A stretch of 64,000 nt of DNA, taken from NCBI GenBank assembly GCA_017519885.1, contig JAFWRO010000018.1, positions 3,325 to 67,324 on the forward strand, given 5' to 3'. This DNA is from Bacteroidales bacterium (GTDB lineage Bacteria; Bacteroidota; Bacteroidia; Bacteroidales; UBA3663). Of this stretch, positions 1-9,482 are shown in pieces (the stretch's first letter is position 1; every line of letters starts with the position of its first letter). A model generated the notes under the pieces. It did no database searches. It was not told where the DNA came from and worked only from the letters and a program-made list of their open reading frames with translations. The position numbers were made by a program, and so were the translations under genes.

Positions 1-41
1 CATTATTTTGCTTTTTCTGTGTAAATTACATTTAAAAATAC

Positions 42-49
42 TAAATTTG
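42..49 (+). promoter_or_regulatory. Bacteroidota -7 promoter box (TAaaTTTG) upstream of mdh
   Basis: TAAATTTG matches the TAnnTTTG consensus about 60 nt upstream of ATG 112. Confidence 0.5.
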
Positions 50-111
50 CAACGTTATAATATTCCCAAGCAATAAATACAATATTCGATTATCATTAAA
101 ACAATAAAGCA

Positions 112-1113
112 ATGGCAACTTATTTGACTAACGACAAACTCGTTATTGTTGGCGCCGCAGGTATGATTGGCTCCAACATGGTACAGACCGCACTCACCAT
201 GAGATTGACCCCAAACATTTGCCTTTATGACGTTTACGCTCCCGGTCTTGAGGGCGTAGCCGAGGAAATGTTCCACTGTGGTTTCGAAGGTGCCAACATC
301 ACTTGGACTACAGACGTCAAGGAAGCCTTCACCGATGCCAAGTATATCATCTCTTCGGGTGGTGCTCCACGTAAGGCAGGCATGACCCGCGAGGATCTGC
401 TGAAGGGCAACTGTGAGATCGCACGCGGTCTTGGCGAGGACATCCAGGCATATTGCCCCGATGTAAAGCATGTTGTTATCATCTTCAACCCAGCCGACCT
501 CACCGGTCTCGTAACTCTTCTCTATTCCGGTTTGAAGCCAAGCCAGGTTACTACTCTTGCCGCCCTCGACTCTACCCGTCTGCAGAGCGCTTTGGCCAAG
601 AAGTTCCACGTACTGCAGTCGAGCATCACCGGTTGCCGCACCTTCGGTGGCCACGGTGAGCAGATGGCAGTATTCGGAAGCAAGGTGAAGATCGGCGATC
701 GCACCCTTTCTGACCTTGTCGGCACACCTGAGTTCTCGAACGAGGAGTGGGCAGAAATGAAGAAGGCTGTGACCAAGGGCGGTGCCAAGATCATTGAGCT
801 CCGCGGCCGTAGCTCGTTCCAGAGCCCATCGTACTGCGCTGTCGAAATGATTCGTTCGGTGATGGGTGGTGAGCCTTTCCGTTGGCCTGCAGGCACCTAT
901 TGCAACGATGCCAAGTACAACCACATCATGATGGCCATGGACACCACCATGGACGAGCGTGGCTGCACCTACGTCAACCCTGTAGGCACTCCTGAGGAGA
1001 TGGCCAGCCTCGATGCTTCGTACGAGCACCTCTGCAAGATGCGCGACGAGCTCGTTACCCTTGACATTGTTCCTCCAATCTCGGAGTGGAGCAAGGTCAA
1101 TCCTAACCTTTAA
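112..1113 (+). CDS. mdh: malate dehydrogenase (LDH-like MDH family)
   Basis: 333 aa with an N-terminal Rossmann motif IVGAAGMIGSN. Length and overall sequence are typical of Bacteroidota Mdh. The antisense ORF 55..1029 is treated as a shadow. Confidence 0.9.
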   Translation: MATYLTNDKLVIVGAAGMIGSNMVQTALTMRLTPNICLYDVYAPGLEGVAEEMFHCGFEGANITWTTDVKEAFTDAKYIISSGGAPRKAGMTREDLLKGNCEIARGLGEDIQAYCPDVKHVVIIFNPADLTGLVTLLYSGLKPSQVTTLAALDSTRLQSALAKKFHVLQSSITGCRTFGGHGEQMAVFGSKVKIGDRTLSDLVGTPEFSNEEWAEMKKAVTKGGAKIIELRGRSSFQSPSYCAVEMIRSVMGGEPFRWPAGTYCNDAKYNHIMMAMDTTMDERGCTYVNPVGTPEEMASLDASYEHLCKMRDELVTLDIVPPISEWSKVNPNL

Positions 1114-1135
1114 TCCTTTCTCGGATTCCCATATG

Positions 1136-1170
1136 CCCCCGCTTCAGACTCTGTGGCGGGGGTTGCTTTA
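1136..1170 (+). terminator. putative intrinsic terminator after mdh
   Basis: 7 bp GC stem CCCCCGC/GCGGGGG (1136-1142 and 1156-1162) with a 13 nt loop, followed by TTGCTTT. Confidence 0.5.
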
Positions 1171-1186
1171 CCACAACACACACATT

Positions 1187-4100
1187 ATGCGAACTATAAC
1201 CCATCTGCTGGCACTTGCCCTCTGCGTGATGTCGTCCTCACTGCAGGCCGACACCCTGCCATCGTGTCTCGACAGCAAGTCATTTGCCGCCCATTGGACC
1301 ATCGAAAGCGAGTCGCCCGACTACCGCATCCAATTCCTTGGAGACACACTCGAAGTAACTTCGCCCAAGGGAATGACAATCTGGCGCAACGAAAGGATGG
1401 AGGGGCGCACCATCATCGAATACGACGCCTGCCTGATGGACGAGGGCAGGGAAGGAGACCGCGTGAGCGACCTCAACTGCTTCTGGATGGCTACAGACCC
1501 CATGGCTAAGGACGGCTCAGTATTCACACGCATGAAGAAACGACAGGGCATCTTCAAGAACTGTTACACCCTGCAACTGTATTATCTGGGCTATGGTGGC
1601 AACTACAACAAGACGACCCGCTTCCGCCGATACCAAGGGGAGGCCAACCAAGGAGGAGAATCCTATCCCGTGCCGGCCATCCTGCAGGAATACACCGACG
1701 AGGCACATCTAAATGTGCCCAACCAGTGGCGACACATCCGCATCGAAGCCGATGGCACACGAATCCGCTACTTCATCGACGGGGAATGCCTTGTGGACTT
1801 CCGCGATCCACGACCTTTGACCAGCGGATGGTTCGGCGTGCGTACCACTTGGAGCCGTCTGCGTCTCACAAACTTCTCCTGTCATACCGAACCCCTTTCC
1901 GAATCACCAGCCACGGGAATTACCCTGCATTGGATCGAACGTCCTACCGAAGACACCATTGCCGTGCGTTTCGGCGTTCCTTTCGAAAGAGGCAAGGTGC
2001 AACCCAATGACCAGTTCCGCCTGAATGATGGTGACATCGAATGCTATCCGCTGGCCTACTGGCCCGACGGTTCGCTGAAATGGGCAGGATTCACAGGCCT
2101 TGCCACGAATGCCGAGAATTATTCGCTCCGACAATTGTCAGCACAGGAAATCAAGGCCAAGAAAAAAGACAAGCAGAAGAACGACATACAACCTGGACTG
2201 GAACTCTGCAAGACAGCAGAACAATACATTATAAAGAATGGTGACAATCTCATCTTTCTGCCAATAGGCGAAGGGAGCAACTGTATGCTCGATAGTCTGC
2301 TGTACCAAGGCAAGGTGACGTGCCAGCGTTTGCGCGTGTGTGCTGACGAAAAGGATGGACGTACTGACAGCGTCTGCATCGAGCGTCAAAGCGGGCAGCA
2401 GATTGTGGTGAAATGCTGCGGAACTGCCGACGGACTCCCTTACATCGTGCGACTCTATATCAATGCGGGGAGCCCTACCCTCCGCTTAGTGCATTCGCTC
2501 ATCTATAATCGCAACGATAAGCAACCGGCTCCGCAAAGTCTCTGCATACGTGCAGATGTTCCCCTTCGTCAACAGGCCTACAACCGCCATGTAGCGTTCA
2601 CACTCGACGAAGGCAGACTTTGGCATGAGCCTGTGCAGCCCGTCACCGGACGACGCACCCTTTCGCTCGACGGCAATGGAAGAGGCCCCGAAGAGATGTA
2701 TCACCAGCAGATGCTCGGCAAGGCTTTGCCTGAACTAGAGGCATTCGACGACCGCAACCAGGGTTATCTCCACGATTGGGCAACTTGGGACCGCTATCGA
2801 CTGTCACAACTTCTCGACGAAGGTTTTTCGATTCGCAAAAGTGCCAAGCCTGCGCCACAGACGCCTTGGATAGGCACGCTCAATGGCCGACGCAGCACGG
2901 GAGGATGTTTCGTAGGAGAAGTCGGCCGCGGCCTTGCAATGGCCATGCACGACTTCTGGCAGAGTTATCCTTCAACGCTCCTCATCGAAGGGGCGACACA
3001 ACCGCTTGCCACCATGTCACTTTACCTGTGGAGCCCAGAGGCCGAGCCGATGGACATGCGCCACTACGACACCGAAGCCCATGGCCTGGAAGCATCCTAC
3101 GAGGACATCCAGGAAGGCATGAGCACGCCCGAAGGAATAGGAAGAACTTCGACCGTGATGCTTCGTCCCACCTTGGGATACCCGGGTGACGAAGCGCTCA
3201 CTTCGCTTTTCCAGACTTTGACGCAGGAGCCGCAACTCATCTGTACACCCCAGTACCTGCATGCTCAACGCGCTTTCGGCGTTTGGAGTCTGCCTGACCC
3301 GATGTATGCCGACATCGAACAGCAACTGACCTACTGGTCGGACTTCTACGTAAACGAAGTGGAGCGGCGCCATTGGTACGGATTCTGGAACTATGGCGAC
3401 GTGATGCATGCCTACGACAACGAACGTCAGGAATGGCGCTACGACATCGGCGGCTTTGCCTGGGACAATACGGAACTGGCCTCCAACATGATGCTATGGT
3501 ACAACTTCCTGCGCACAGGGCGCGCCGACCTATGGCGAATGGCAGTTGCAATGACTCGCCACACCAGCGAGGTCGATGTCTATCACGATGGGCCGTTCAA
3601 GGGTCTCGGTTCGCGTCATAACGTCAGTCATTGGGGGTGTGGCTCAAAGGAAGCCCGCATCAGCCAAGCGCTCTGGAACCGCTTCTACTATTATCTGAGC
3701 GGGGGTGACGAACGTCTGGGCGAACTCATGTCGGCACAACGCGACCTCGACACGCTGCTCTACCGTATCGACCCGATGCGCCTGGCAGAGCCTCGCGGCA
3801 TATATCCCTGTACTGCACCAGCACGCCTGCGTATAGGTCCCGACTGGATGGCCTACGCCGCCAACTGGATGACCGAATACGAACGCACGCAGAATCCGCA
3901 CTATTGGACGAAGATGCTCAACGGCATGGAAAGTATCAGTCAGATGCCCCTTGGAATCTTCAGTGGACCGAAGGTTCTGGGTTACGACCCTGCCACCGGA
4001 CGTCTGAGTTGGGAAGGCGATCCGAAGATGGAGAATACCAACCATCTGCTTTCCCTCATGGGAGGCACCGAATTCATGGGCGAACTGCTGCTCATCGACG

Positions 4101-4420
4101 AAGTACCTGATGCCTGGCGACGCACCTGGCTCAACTATTGCACCGAGTATCGCCAACGCGCCATCAAGGGAAAACACAACGGCTATCCGATGGCACGACT
4201 GGCTGCCTATGCCCACTGGCAATCGGCTCTTGAACCGACAACGGTTTCCCGAGACGAACTCTACCAGAACACCATGGTGGAATATGAGCGAGGCATACAG
4301 ACTCCTGACCGATTCTCGACCAACGGCATATCCACCTGGGCACTCGACGCCATCTATATGCTGGAAGTTTGTCCACCCCCACTCCATAAGAGCGAGGAAA
4401 AAAGCCCTCAAAAGCTCTAA
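1187..4420 (+). CDS. large secreted protein with an N-terminal concanavalin/DUF6250-like domain fused to a ~850 aa uncharacterised glycan-active-like domain
   Basis: ATG 1187 gives the signal peptide MRTITHLLALALCVMSSSLQA. The part of the ORF upstream of it overlaps mdh and the terminator. The N-terminal ~230 aa resemble DUF6250 proteins found next to pectin loci. Family assignment of the remainder is from memory only. Confidence 0.55.
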   Translation: MRTITHLLALALCVMSSSLQADTLPSCLDSKSFAAHWTIESESPDYRIQFLGDTLEVTSPKGMTIWRNERMEGRTIIEYDACLMDEGREGDRVSDLNCFWMATDPMAKDGSVFTRMKKRQGIFKNCYTLQLYYLGYGGNYNKTTRFRRYQGEANQGGESYPVPAILQEYTDEAHLNVPNQWRHIRIEADGTRIRYFIDGECLVDFRDPRPLTSGWFGVRTTWSRLRLTNFSCHTEPLSESPATGITLHWIERPTEDTIAVRFGVPFERGKVQPNDQFRLNDGDIECYPLAYWPDGSLKWAGFTGLATNAENYSLRQLSAQEIKAKKKDKQKNDIQPGLELCKTAEQYIIKNGDNLIFLPIGEGSNCMLDSLLYQGKVTCQRLRVCADEKDGRTDSVCIERQSGQQIVVKCCGTADGLPYIVRLYINAGSPTLRLVHSLIYNRNDKQPAPQSLCIRADVPLRQQAYNRHVAFTLDEGRLWHEPVQPVTGRRTLSLDGNGRGPEEMYHQQMLGKALPELEAFDDRNQGYLHDWATWDRYRLSQLLDEGFSIRKSAKPAPQTPWIGTLNGRRSTGGCFVGEVGRGLAMAMHDFWQSYPSTLLIEGATQPLATMSLYLWSPEAEPMDMRHYDTEAHGLEASYEDIQEGMSTPEGIGRTSTVMLRPTLGYPGDEALTSLFQTLTQEPQLICTPQYLHAQRAFGVWSLPDPMYADIEQQLTYWSDFYVNEVERRHWYGFWNYGDVMHAYDNERQEWRYDIGGFAWDNTELASNMMLWYNFLRTGRADLWRMAVAMTRHTSEVDVYHDGPFKGLGSRHNVSHWGCGSKEARISQALWNRFYYYLSGGDERLGELMSAQRDLDTLLYRIDPMRLAEPRGIYPCTAPARLRIGPDWMAYAANWMTEYERTQNPHYWTKMLNGMESISQMPLGIFSGPKVLGYDPATGRLSWEGDPKMENTNHLLSLMGGTEFMGELLLIDEVPDAWRRTWLNYCTEYRQRAIKGKHNGYPMARLAAYAHWQSALEPTTVSRDELYQNTMVEYERGIQTPDRFSTNGISTWALDAIYMLEVCPPPLHKSEEKSPQKL

Positions 4421-4511
4421 GAACGACCGTAAATCTCCAAAAATGGAGGTTGATAGCCAAATTTTGTGTAAAAAGTGAACATGTTTGTGTTTTTTTTCGT
4501 ACCTTTGCCAC

Positions 4512-5096
4512 ATGAACGAAGAAGAAAAACAGAAGTTCAAGCAAGCGATTGACGAAGCTTTGAAGGTGCTCAACCGCGGAGGCGTCATCCTTTACCCCAC
4601 CGACACCGTCTGGGGACTGGGTTGTGATGCCACCAACAGCGAGGCCGTCAAAAGAATTTTCGAGATCAAGCGCCGCTCTGATTCGAAAGCTATGCTTTCG
4701 CTGGTCGATGCCGTAGGACGTGTCGACTATTATTTCTCGCGCGTACCCGAGATTGCCTGGGACCTGTGGGAAGTGGCCGACAAGCCGCTGACCCTTATCC
4801 TCCCACGGGCTCGCAACGTTGCGCCCGAACTCATTGCCGACGACGGCACGATGGGTATGCGCATCACCAACGAACCCGTCAGTCACACCATCTGCGCCCG
4901 TCTTAAACGACCGTTGGTAAGCACCAGCGCCAATATCAGCGGACAGCCAACCGCACGTTGCTTCGCCGACATCAGCGACGAAATCAAGCAGGCCGTTGAC
5001 TATATTGTTCCACTTCGTCAAGACGAGACCGCCAATCCCGCACCCTCTGGCATCATCAAGGTGGGTGACGGAGGAGAAGTACAGGTAATAAGATAA
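4512..5096 (+). CDS. tsaC: L-threonylcarbamoyladenylate synthase (YrdC/TsaC domain)
   Basis: YrdC signature LYPTDTVWGLGCDA...RIFEIKRR in a single-domain ~195 aa protein. ATG 4512 lies just after a TAccTTTG box at 4500-4507, so the exact start (4485 or 4512) is uncertain. Confidence 0.8.
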   Translation: MNEEEKQKFKQAIDEALKVLNRGGVILYPTDTVWGLGCDATNSEAVKRIFEIKRRSDSKAMLSLVDAVGRVDYYFSRVPEIAWDLWEVADKPLTLILPRARNVAPELIADDGTMGMRITNEPVSHTICARLKRPLVSTSANISGQPTARCFADISDEIKQAVDYIVPLRQDETANPAPSGIIKVGDGGEVQVIR

Positions 5097-5103
5097 TGTT
5101 ATG

Positions 5104-5225
5104 AAAGGTTCTGAAAAGTTTAGAAAAGTTCGAAAGGTTCACCCTTCAGAACATCTCAGAACCCTTCAGAACATCTCAGAACCCTTCAGAACATCTCAGA
5201 ACCCTTCAGAACATCTCAGAACCCC
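5104..5225. repeat. inverted phased-repeat element: G-rich arm (GGTTCTGAAAA GTTTAGAAAA GTTCGAAAGG) followed by four perfect 20 bp units ACCCTTCAGAACATCTCAGA
   Basis: Direct reading shows 5141-5220 is 4 x 20 bp with no mismatch. The left arm 5104-5140 is the approximate reverse complement type. Confidence 0.9.
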
Positions 5226-5232
5226 TTTAAAA

Positions 5233-6648
5233 GTGAATCAAAACGCACAACGCATCAGGTATATCATTGGCGACCTGCTGGCCACTGCAGCCGGCTGGTT
5301 GAGTTTCTACATATACCGATTTGATGTCACAGGCTTCCTTACCGTACCGACGCTTTATGAATACCTGACGTTGCCGCAAGTCGAACTCAACCTGATACTT
5401 GGTCCTTTTGCCTGGTTGGCGCTCTATGCATTTTCGGGATACTACCAGAACCCCTATTTCAAATCGCAGACCGACGAACTGCAGGTGACGTTCTGGTCGG
5501 TCATTGTCGGCACCCTGGTGGCATTCTTTGCCATGGTGATCGATGATGTGCCTTTCATCAACGACGAGGATATCGCCGTGCTGAAGATTGTCCACATCTC
5601 GCCCAAGACCTATCTGCAGATTCTACTGACTTTGTTCGGCTGCATCTTTGTCCCTGTCTACCTGGTGCGCTATCTGATCACACATCACGTCAATGGACAA
5701 ATCCAGAACGGACGTCTTGGCCTTCGAACCCTGCTCATCGGCGAGGGCAAGGCGGCACAATTGCTGCAACGGGAGCTGAAGGCTGAAAAACGGCAGAATG
5801 GTTATCTTATCATCAAGACAGTGCCCGACACAGCCAGTTACGAGGAGATACGGAAAGTGGTCGATGAAAACCACATCGAAGCCTTCCTCCTCGCCCCAGA
5901 CCAACACGATGTGCGCATCATCAACCATCGTGTCTATGAACTCCTGCCCCTCGAACTGCCCATCCGCATGAAGGCCAGCAACGAGGAGATTCTCAACGGA
6001 CAGGTTCACACTGACTCGCTGACCACCTTGCCCATGATGCAATACAGCACCGACCTGCTGAGCCCCTTCAAACGCAACCTGAAACGTCTTGCCGACATCA
6101 TCAGTGCCGTCTTGGCGCTCATCCTCCTGTCGCCGCTCTTCCTCATCGTGGCCATCATCATCCGTCGCGATTCAAAGGGCCCTGTATTCTTCAGCCAATG
6201 GCGCATCGGGCGTTCAGGCAAACCATTCCGCATCATCAAGTTCCGATCGATGCGCACCGATGCCGAGCAGGATGGTCCACGTCTCTCTTCGACCATGGAC
6301 CGACGCATCACTAAAGTGGGACGCTATCTGCGCAAATACCGCATCGACGAACTGCCGCAGTTCTGGAATGTACTGAAGGGCGATATGAGCCTCGTAGGGC
6401 CACGTCCCGAACGCGACTACTACATCCGCCAGATCATGGACATCGCCCCCTACTATTCGAAACTCCTACAGGTGCGTCCAGGCATCACTTCGTGGGGTAT
6501 GGTCAAGTACGGATATGCTTCCACGGTCTTCCAAATGGTCGAACGCATGCGCTACGACCTGATGTATATCAATAACTGCTCCTTAGCCGTCGATTTGAAG
6601 ATCCTTGGCTTCACGGTTCGCACGGTACTCACGGGGAAAGGGATCTAA
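5233..6648 (+). CDS. polyprenyl glycosylphosphotransferase (bacterial sugar transferase, WbaP/EpsB-like initiating enzyme)
   Basis: The C-terminal domain carries the sugar-transferase signature FRSMRTDAE...DELPQFWNVLKGDMSLVGPRPE, with N-terminal TM helices. The start is set at in-frame GTG 5233 (VNQNAQRIRYIIGDLL). The 44 codons from ATG 5101 are made entirely of the repeat element, which has no stop codon in any forward frame. Confidence 0.75.
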   Translation: MNQNAQRIRYIIGDLLATAAGWLSFYIYRFDVTGFLTVPTLYEYLTLPQVELNLILGPFAWLALYAFSGYYQNPYFKSQTDELQVTFWSVIVGTLVAFFAMVIDDVPFINDEDIAVLKIVHISPKTYLQILLTLFGCIFVPVYLVRYLITHHVNGQIQNGRLGLRTLLIGEGKAAQLLQRELKAEKRQNGYLIIKTVPDTASYEEIRKVVDENHIEAFLLAPDQHDVRIINHRVYELLPLELPIRMKASNEEILNGQVHTDSLTTLPMMQYSTDLLSPFKRNLKRLADIISAVLALILLSPLFLIVAIIIRRDSKGPVFFSQWRIGRSGKPFRIIKFRSMRTDAEQDGPRLSSTMDRRITKVGRYLRKYRIDELPQFWNVLKGDMSLVGPRPERDYYIRQIMDIAPYYSKLLQVRPGITSWGMVKYGYASTVFQMVERMRYDLMYINNCSLAVDLKILGFTVRTVLTGKGI

Positions 6649-6742
6649 GGGGTTCGAAGGCTTCGAGAGGTTCGAAGGGTTCGAGAGGTTCGAAGGGTTA
6701 AGAGCGGTTAAGAAGGGTTAAGAAGCAGCCATGTTTGGCTGC
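6640..6742. repeat. phased-repeat array (GGTTCGAAGG / CTTCGAGAG / GGTTAAGAAG units) ending in hairpin GCAGCC-ATGTTT-GGCTGC
   Basis: About 8 degenerate 9-11 bp units lie directly after the stop codon at 6646-6648. The 6 bp stem hairpin is at 6725-6742. Confidence 0.85.
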
Positions 6743-6770
6743 TGAAAAACGAGGCAAAGAAAGAATCGAA

Positions 6771-8588
6771 ATGTTTGGATTATTGCATAAAATGGTCGAA
6801 CGGATTGTCACTTGGCGAGAGAAGCATCTCACCGAGCAACAGTTCGTGCTGATTCTCGCCTTCTTCACCGGACTGGCAGGAGCATCGGCCGCTTTGATTC
6901 TGAAATGGCTCATCCACACCTTCCAGCACCTGCTCACGATGTATTTCGTGGTCGATGGAGCCAACTACCTCTATCTGCTCTATCCTGTGGTCGGCATCCT
7001 TATTGCCGGACTCTTCGTCCGCTATGTGGTGCGTGACGACATCGGACATGGTGTGACCAAGATCCTCTACGCCATCTCGCAACGCAAGTCGATCATCAAG
7101 GCGCACAACATGTACACCTCGGTCATCGCATCGTCTGTAACCATCGGCTTCGGTGGATCGGTGGGTGCCGAGGCACCTATCGTCCTCACGGGTTCGGCTA
7201 TCGGCTCCAACCTGGGACGACTCTTCCGCATGGACCAGCATACGTTGATGATCCTGCTGGGTTGCGGAGCCACTGCAGGTATCGCCGGCATCTTCAAGGC
7301 CCCTATCGCTGGATTGCTGTTCACCGTCGAAGTGCTGATGCTCGACTTAACTGCCTATTCCATCATGCCGCTGCTCATCTCGGCAGTGACTGCCGCCTCG
7401 GTGGCCTATATCGTCGAAGGCTCGCGTGCCCTCTTCTACTTCACCGAGACCATGGATTTCTCCATTGAGCGTCTTCCCTATGTGATTCTGCTTGGCATCT
7501 TCTGCGGCTTCGCCTCGCTCTACTTCACCCGCACCACGTTCGTAGCCGAAGATTTCTTCAAGAAGGTCACCAGTCCTTGGCAGAAATGGATTATCGGCGG
7601 ACTCTTCCTAAGCATCGTCATCTTCCTCTTCCCTCCACTCTATGGCGAAGGTTACGATGCCATCCAACACATCTACAACGGACAGTACCATGACATCACC
7701 GCAGGCTCAATCTTCTATGACCTCGACCGCATCTCGCACACTTTAGGCATTCCCAATGCTTCGTTCTGGGTGCTCTCGGGATTCATTCTCCTCGTGATGC
7801 TCACCAAGTCGTTTGCCACGGCAGCGACCAATGGTGGAGGCGGTTGCGGCGGCACGTTTGCACCATCGCTGTTCCTGGGCAACTTCGCAGGCTTCCTTTT
7901 TGCCTATATGCTCAACAAGGCAGGCATCTTCACCTTCCTCTCCGAGCAGAACTTCGCCGTGATGGGTATGGCCGCAGTGATGTCGGGCGTGATGCATGCT
8001 CCGCTTATGGGTGTCTTCCTTTCAGCCGAACTGACAGGACGTTTCGACCTCTTCCTCCCCTTGATGATTGCATCGTGCCTCTCCTACGGCACCATCCGCA
8101 TCTTCGAACCTTACTCGATCTATACCCGCCGTCTGGCACTCAAGGGAGAACTCATCACCCATCACAAGGACAAGGCCGTGCTCACGATGCTCAGCATGGA
8201 TGACCTTATCCTGCATGACTATCCAGTGCTCCATCCGCAGATGATGCTTGGCGAACTTGTCAAACTCATCTCCACGCAGGCCCACAACCACTTCCCAGTC
8301 TGCGACGAGGGCGGCACCTTTGTCGGCATCGTCACACTCAACGACCTCCGCAACATCATGTTCCAGCCGCGTCTCTACGAACGGATGAAGGTAGCCGACA
8401 TCATGATCGGACCAAAGGGAAAGATCCCCTCGGATATGAATATGGCTGAAGTGATGAACCTCTTCGACACGACAGGCGCATGGACCTTGCCTGTCATCGA
8501 CAATCAGGGCAAATATGTGGGTATGATGTCACGACAGCACCTCTATGAGACCTATCGTGCCCTTTTGAAGCAGTTCAGCGAAGATTGA
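6771..8588 (+). CDS. voltage-gated chloride channel (ClC) family protein with C-terminal CBS pair
   Basis: ClC motifs GSVGAEAP and GIFKAPIAG plus multiple TM helices. The C-terminal ~130 aa form a tandem CBS-like region. ATG 6771 was chosen over the upstream TTG. Confidence 0.85.
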   Translation: MFGLLHKMVERIVTWREKHLTEQQFVLILAFFTGLAGASAALILKWLIHTFQHLLTMYFVVDGANYLYLLYPVVGILIAGLFVRYVVRDDIGHGVTKILYAISQRKSIIKAHNMYTSVIASSVTIGFGGSVGAEAPIVLTGSAIGSNLGRLFRMDQHTLMILLGCGATAGIAGIFKAPIAGLLFTVEVLMLDLTAYSIMPLLISAVTAASVAYIVEGSRALFYFTETMDFSIERLPYVILLGIFCGFASLYFTRTTFVAEDFFKKVTSPWQKWIIGGLFLSIVIFLFPPLYGEGYDAIQHIYNGQYHDITAGSIFYDLDRISHTLGIPNASFWVLSGFILLVMLTKSFATAATNGGGGCGGTFAPSLFLGNFAGFLFAYMLNKAGIFTFLSEQNFAVMGMAAVMSGVMHAPLMGVFLSAELTGRFDLFLPLMIASCLSYGTIRIFEPYSIYTRRLALKGELITHHKDKAVLTMLSMDDLILHDYPVLHPQMMLGELVKLISTQAHNHFPVCDEGGTFVGIVTLNDLRNIMFQPRLYERMKVADIMIGPKGKIPSDMNMAEVMNLFDTTGAWTLPVIDNQGKYVGMMSRQHLYETYRALLKQFSED

Positions 8589-8696
8589 TTAACAAATTGC
8601 TCCTTGGATGAAAAAAGGCAGCGCGATTAAACCGCATCGGCTCCTTTCGGTCATAATGCTGAAAACGAAACAGAAACAATAAAACCTATTACGATT

Positions 8697-9482
8697 ATGA
8701 AAAAGACAATCACCCGCATCAGCGCAGTGCTCATCCTCCTTGCAGTGGGCATCACATCGGTCATTGCCCAACCCAGCCGTCATCATCATCGTGCAGGCTA
8801 TCGCAGCGATGGTTTCATCCGTGGCGTGCGCGACGTTCACACTGTGGCCAGTACTGCCATGTTGGGCTACGGCATCGCATCTTTGGACGACTATACGGGC
8901 ATCCGTTTCGGTTATAATGCAGCCTCGCTCCGTACCGACGGCTTCGACGACGTGTCAAGCGACGTCCAGTCGGGTGCCAGTGTCGGCATCGTCTTCGGCT
9001 GGTATCTCGGCAAAACTCCCATCATCATCGAGCCTGGCCTCTACTACTCTTTCAAAGGTGGCAAACTCGATGGCTTTGAGCGCCAATATGATTCACGTAC
9101 TCGTCTGAAGACCAATATGCATATGTTCGAAATCCCGCTCGTCTTCAAGTATGAAGTGCAGTACCACAATGCCGGTGTTTGCCTCCATCCCTTCTTCGGC
9201 GGCTTCCTGGCCTTCGGCATCGGCGGCAAAACCAAGAGTGTGGAAGGCAACTACACTGACAGTTGGGATACCTTCTCTGATGGAGCTGGCCAACTCGGAC
9301 GCACCGACGCAGGTCTCCGTATGGGATGCGGCCTCGGAGTGGATCACTTCTTCCTTGAATTGGCCTACGACTGCGGTCTTGTCAACCTGGCCAGCGACCA
9401 ATACGACTACTTCGGCTTCAACAATTACGACAGCGCCATCCGAAGCAACACCATCAGTTTCAGCTTAGGATTCAACTTCTAA
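8697..9482 (+). CDS. outer-membrane beta-barrel (porin-family) protein
   Basis: Signal peptide MKKTITRISAVLILLAVGITSVIAQ, alternating aromatic/Gly-rich strands and a C-terminal ...SFSLGFNF typical of OM beta-barrels. Confidence 0.6.
   Translation: MKKTITRISAVLILLAVGITSVIAQPSRHHHRAGYRSDGFIRGVRDVHTVASTAMLGYGIASLDDYTGIRFGYNAASLRTDGFDDVSSDVQSGASVGIVFGWYLGKTPIIIEPGLYYSFKGGKLDGFERQYDSRTRLKTNMHMFEIPLVFKYEVQYHNAGVCLHPFFGGFLAFGIGGKTKSVEGNYTDSWDTFSDGAGQLGRTDAGLRMGCGLGVDHFFLELAYDCGLVNLASDQYDYFGFNNYDSAIRSNTISFSLGFNF

Noticed and set aside
55-1029. Long antisense ORFs mirroring real genes. Examples are 55..1029(-), 3644..4588(-), 4164..5021(-), 19766..20704(+), 21533..22936(+), 22994..24634(+), 27512..29497(+), 30070..31557(+), 36420..37496(+), 48843..49997(+), 53055..54170(+), 55899..56816(+) and 61713..63095(+).
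   Set aside because: Each lies opposite a gene with strong family signatures. Their translations are low-complexity and Arg/Gly/Val/His-rich with no recognisable motifs, as expected for shadow frames of GC-biased codons.
1013-1186. N-terminal extensions offered by the ORF track (1013..1186, 10299..10451, 18601..19056, 31914..31979 and similar).
   Set aside because: They overlap the preceding gene, terminator or promoter box, and several start at TTG or GTG. An internal ATG followed by a signal peptide or lipobox gives a far better gene model.
4500-4507. TAccTTTG as the promoter for tsaC.
   Set aside because: The box ends only 5 nt before ATG 4512, so it would imply a leaderless mRNA, or the gene starts upstream at 4485. 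This is too ambiguous to call as a feature.
5101-5232. ATG 5101 as the true start of the sugar transferase.
   Set aside because: The 44 extra codons are entirely repeat DNA with no stop codon in any forward frame, so openness is not evidence of coding. It is kept only as an alternative in the phase-variation hypothesis.
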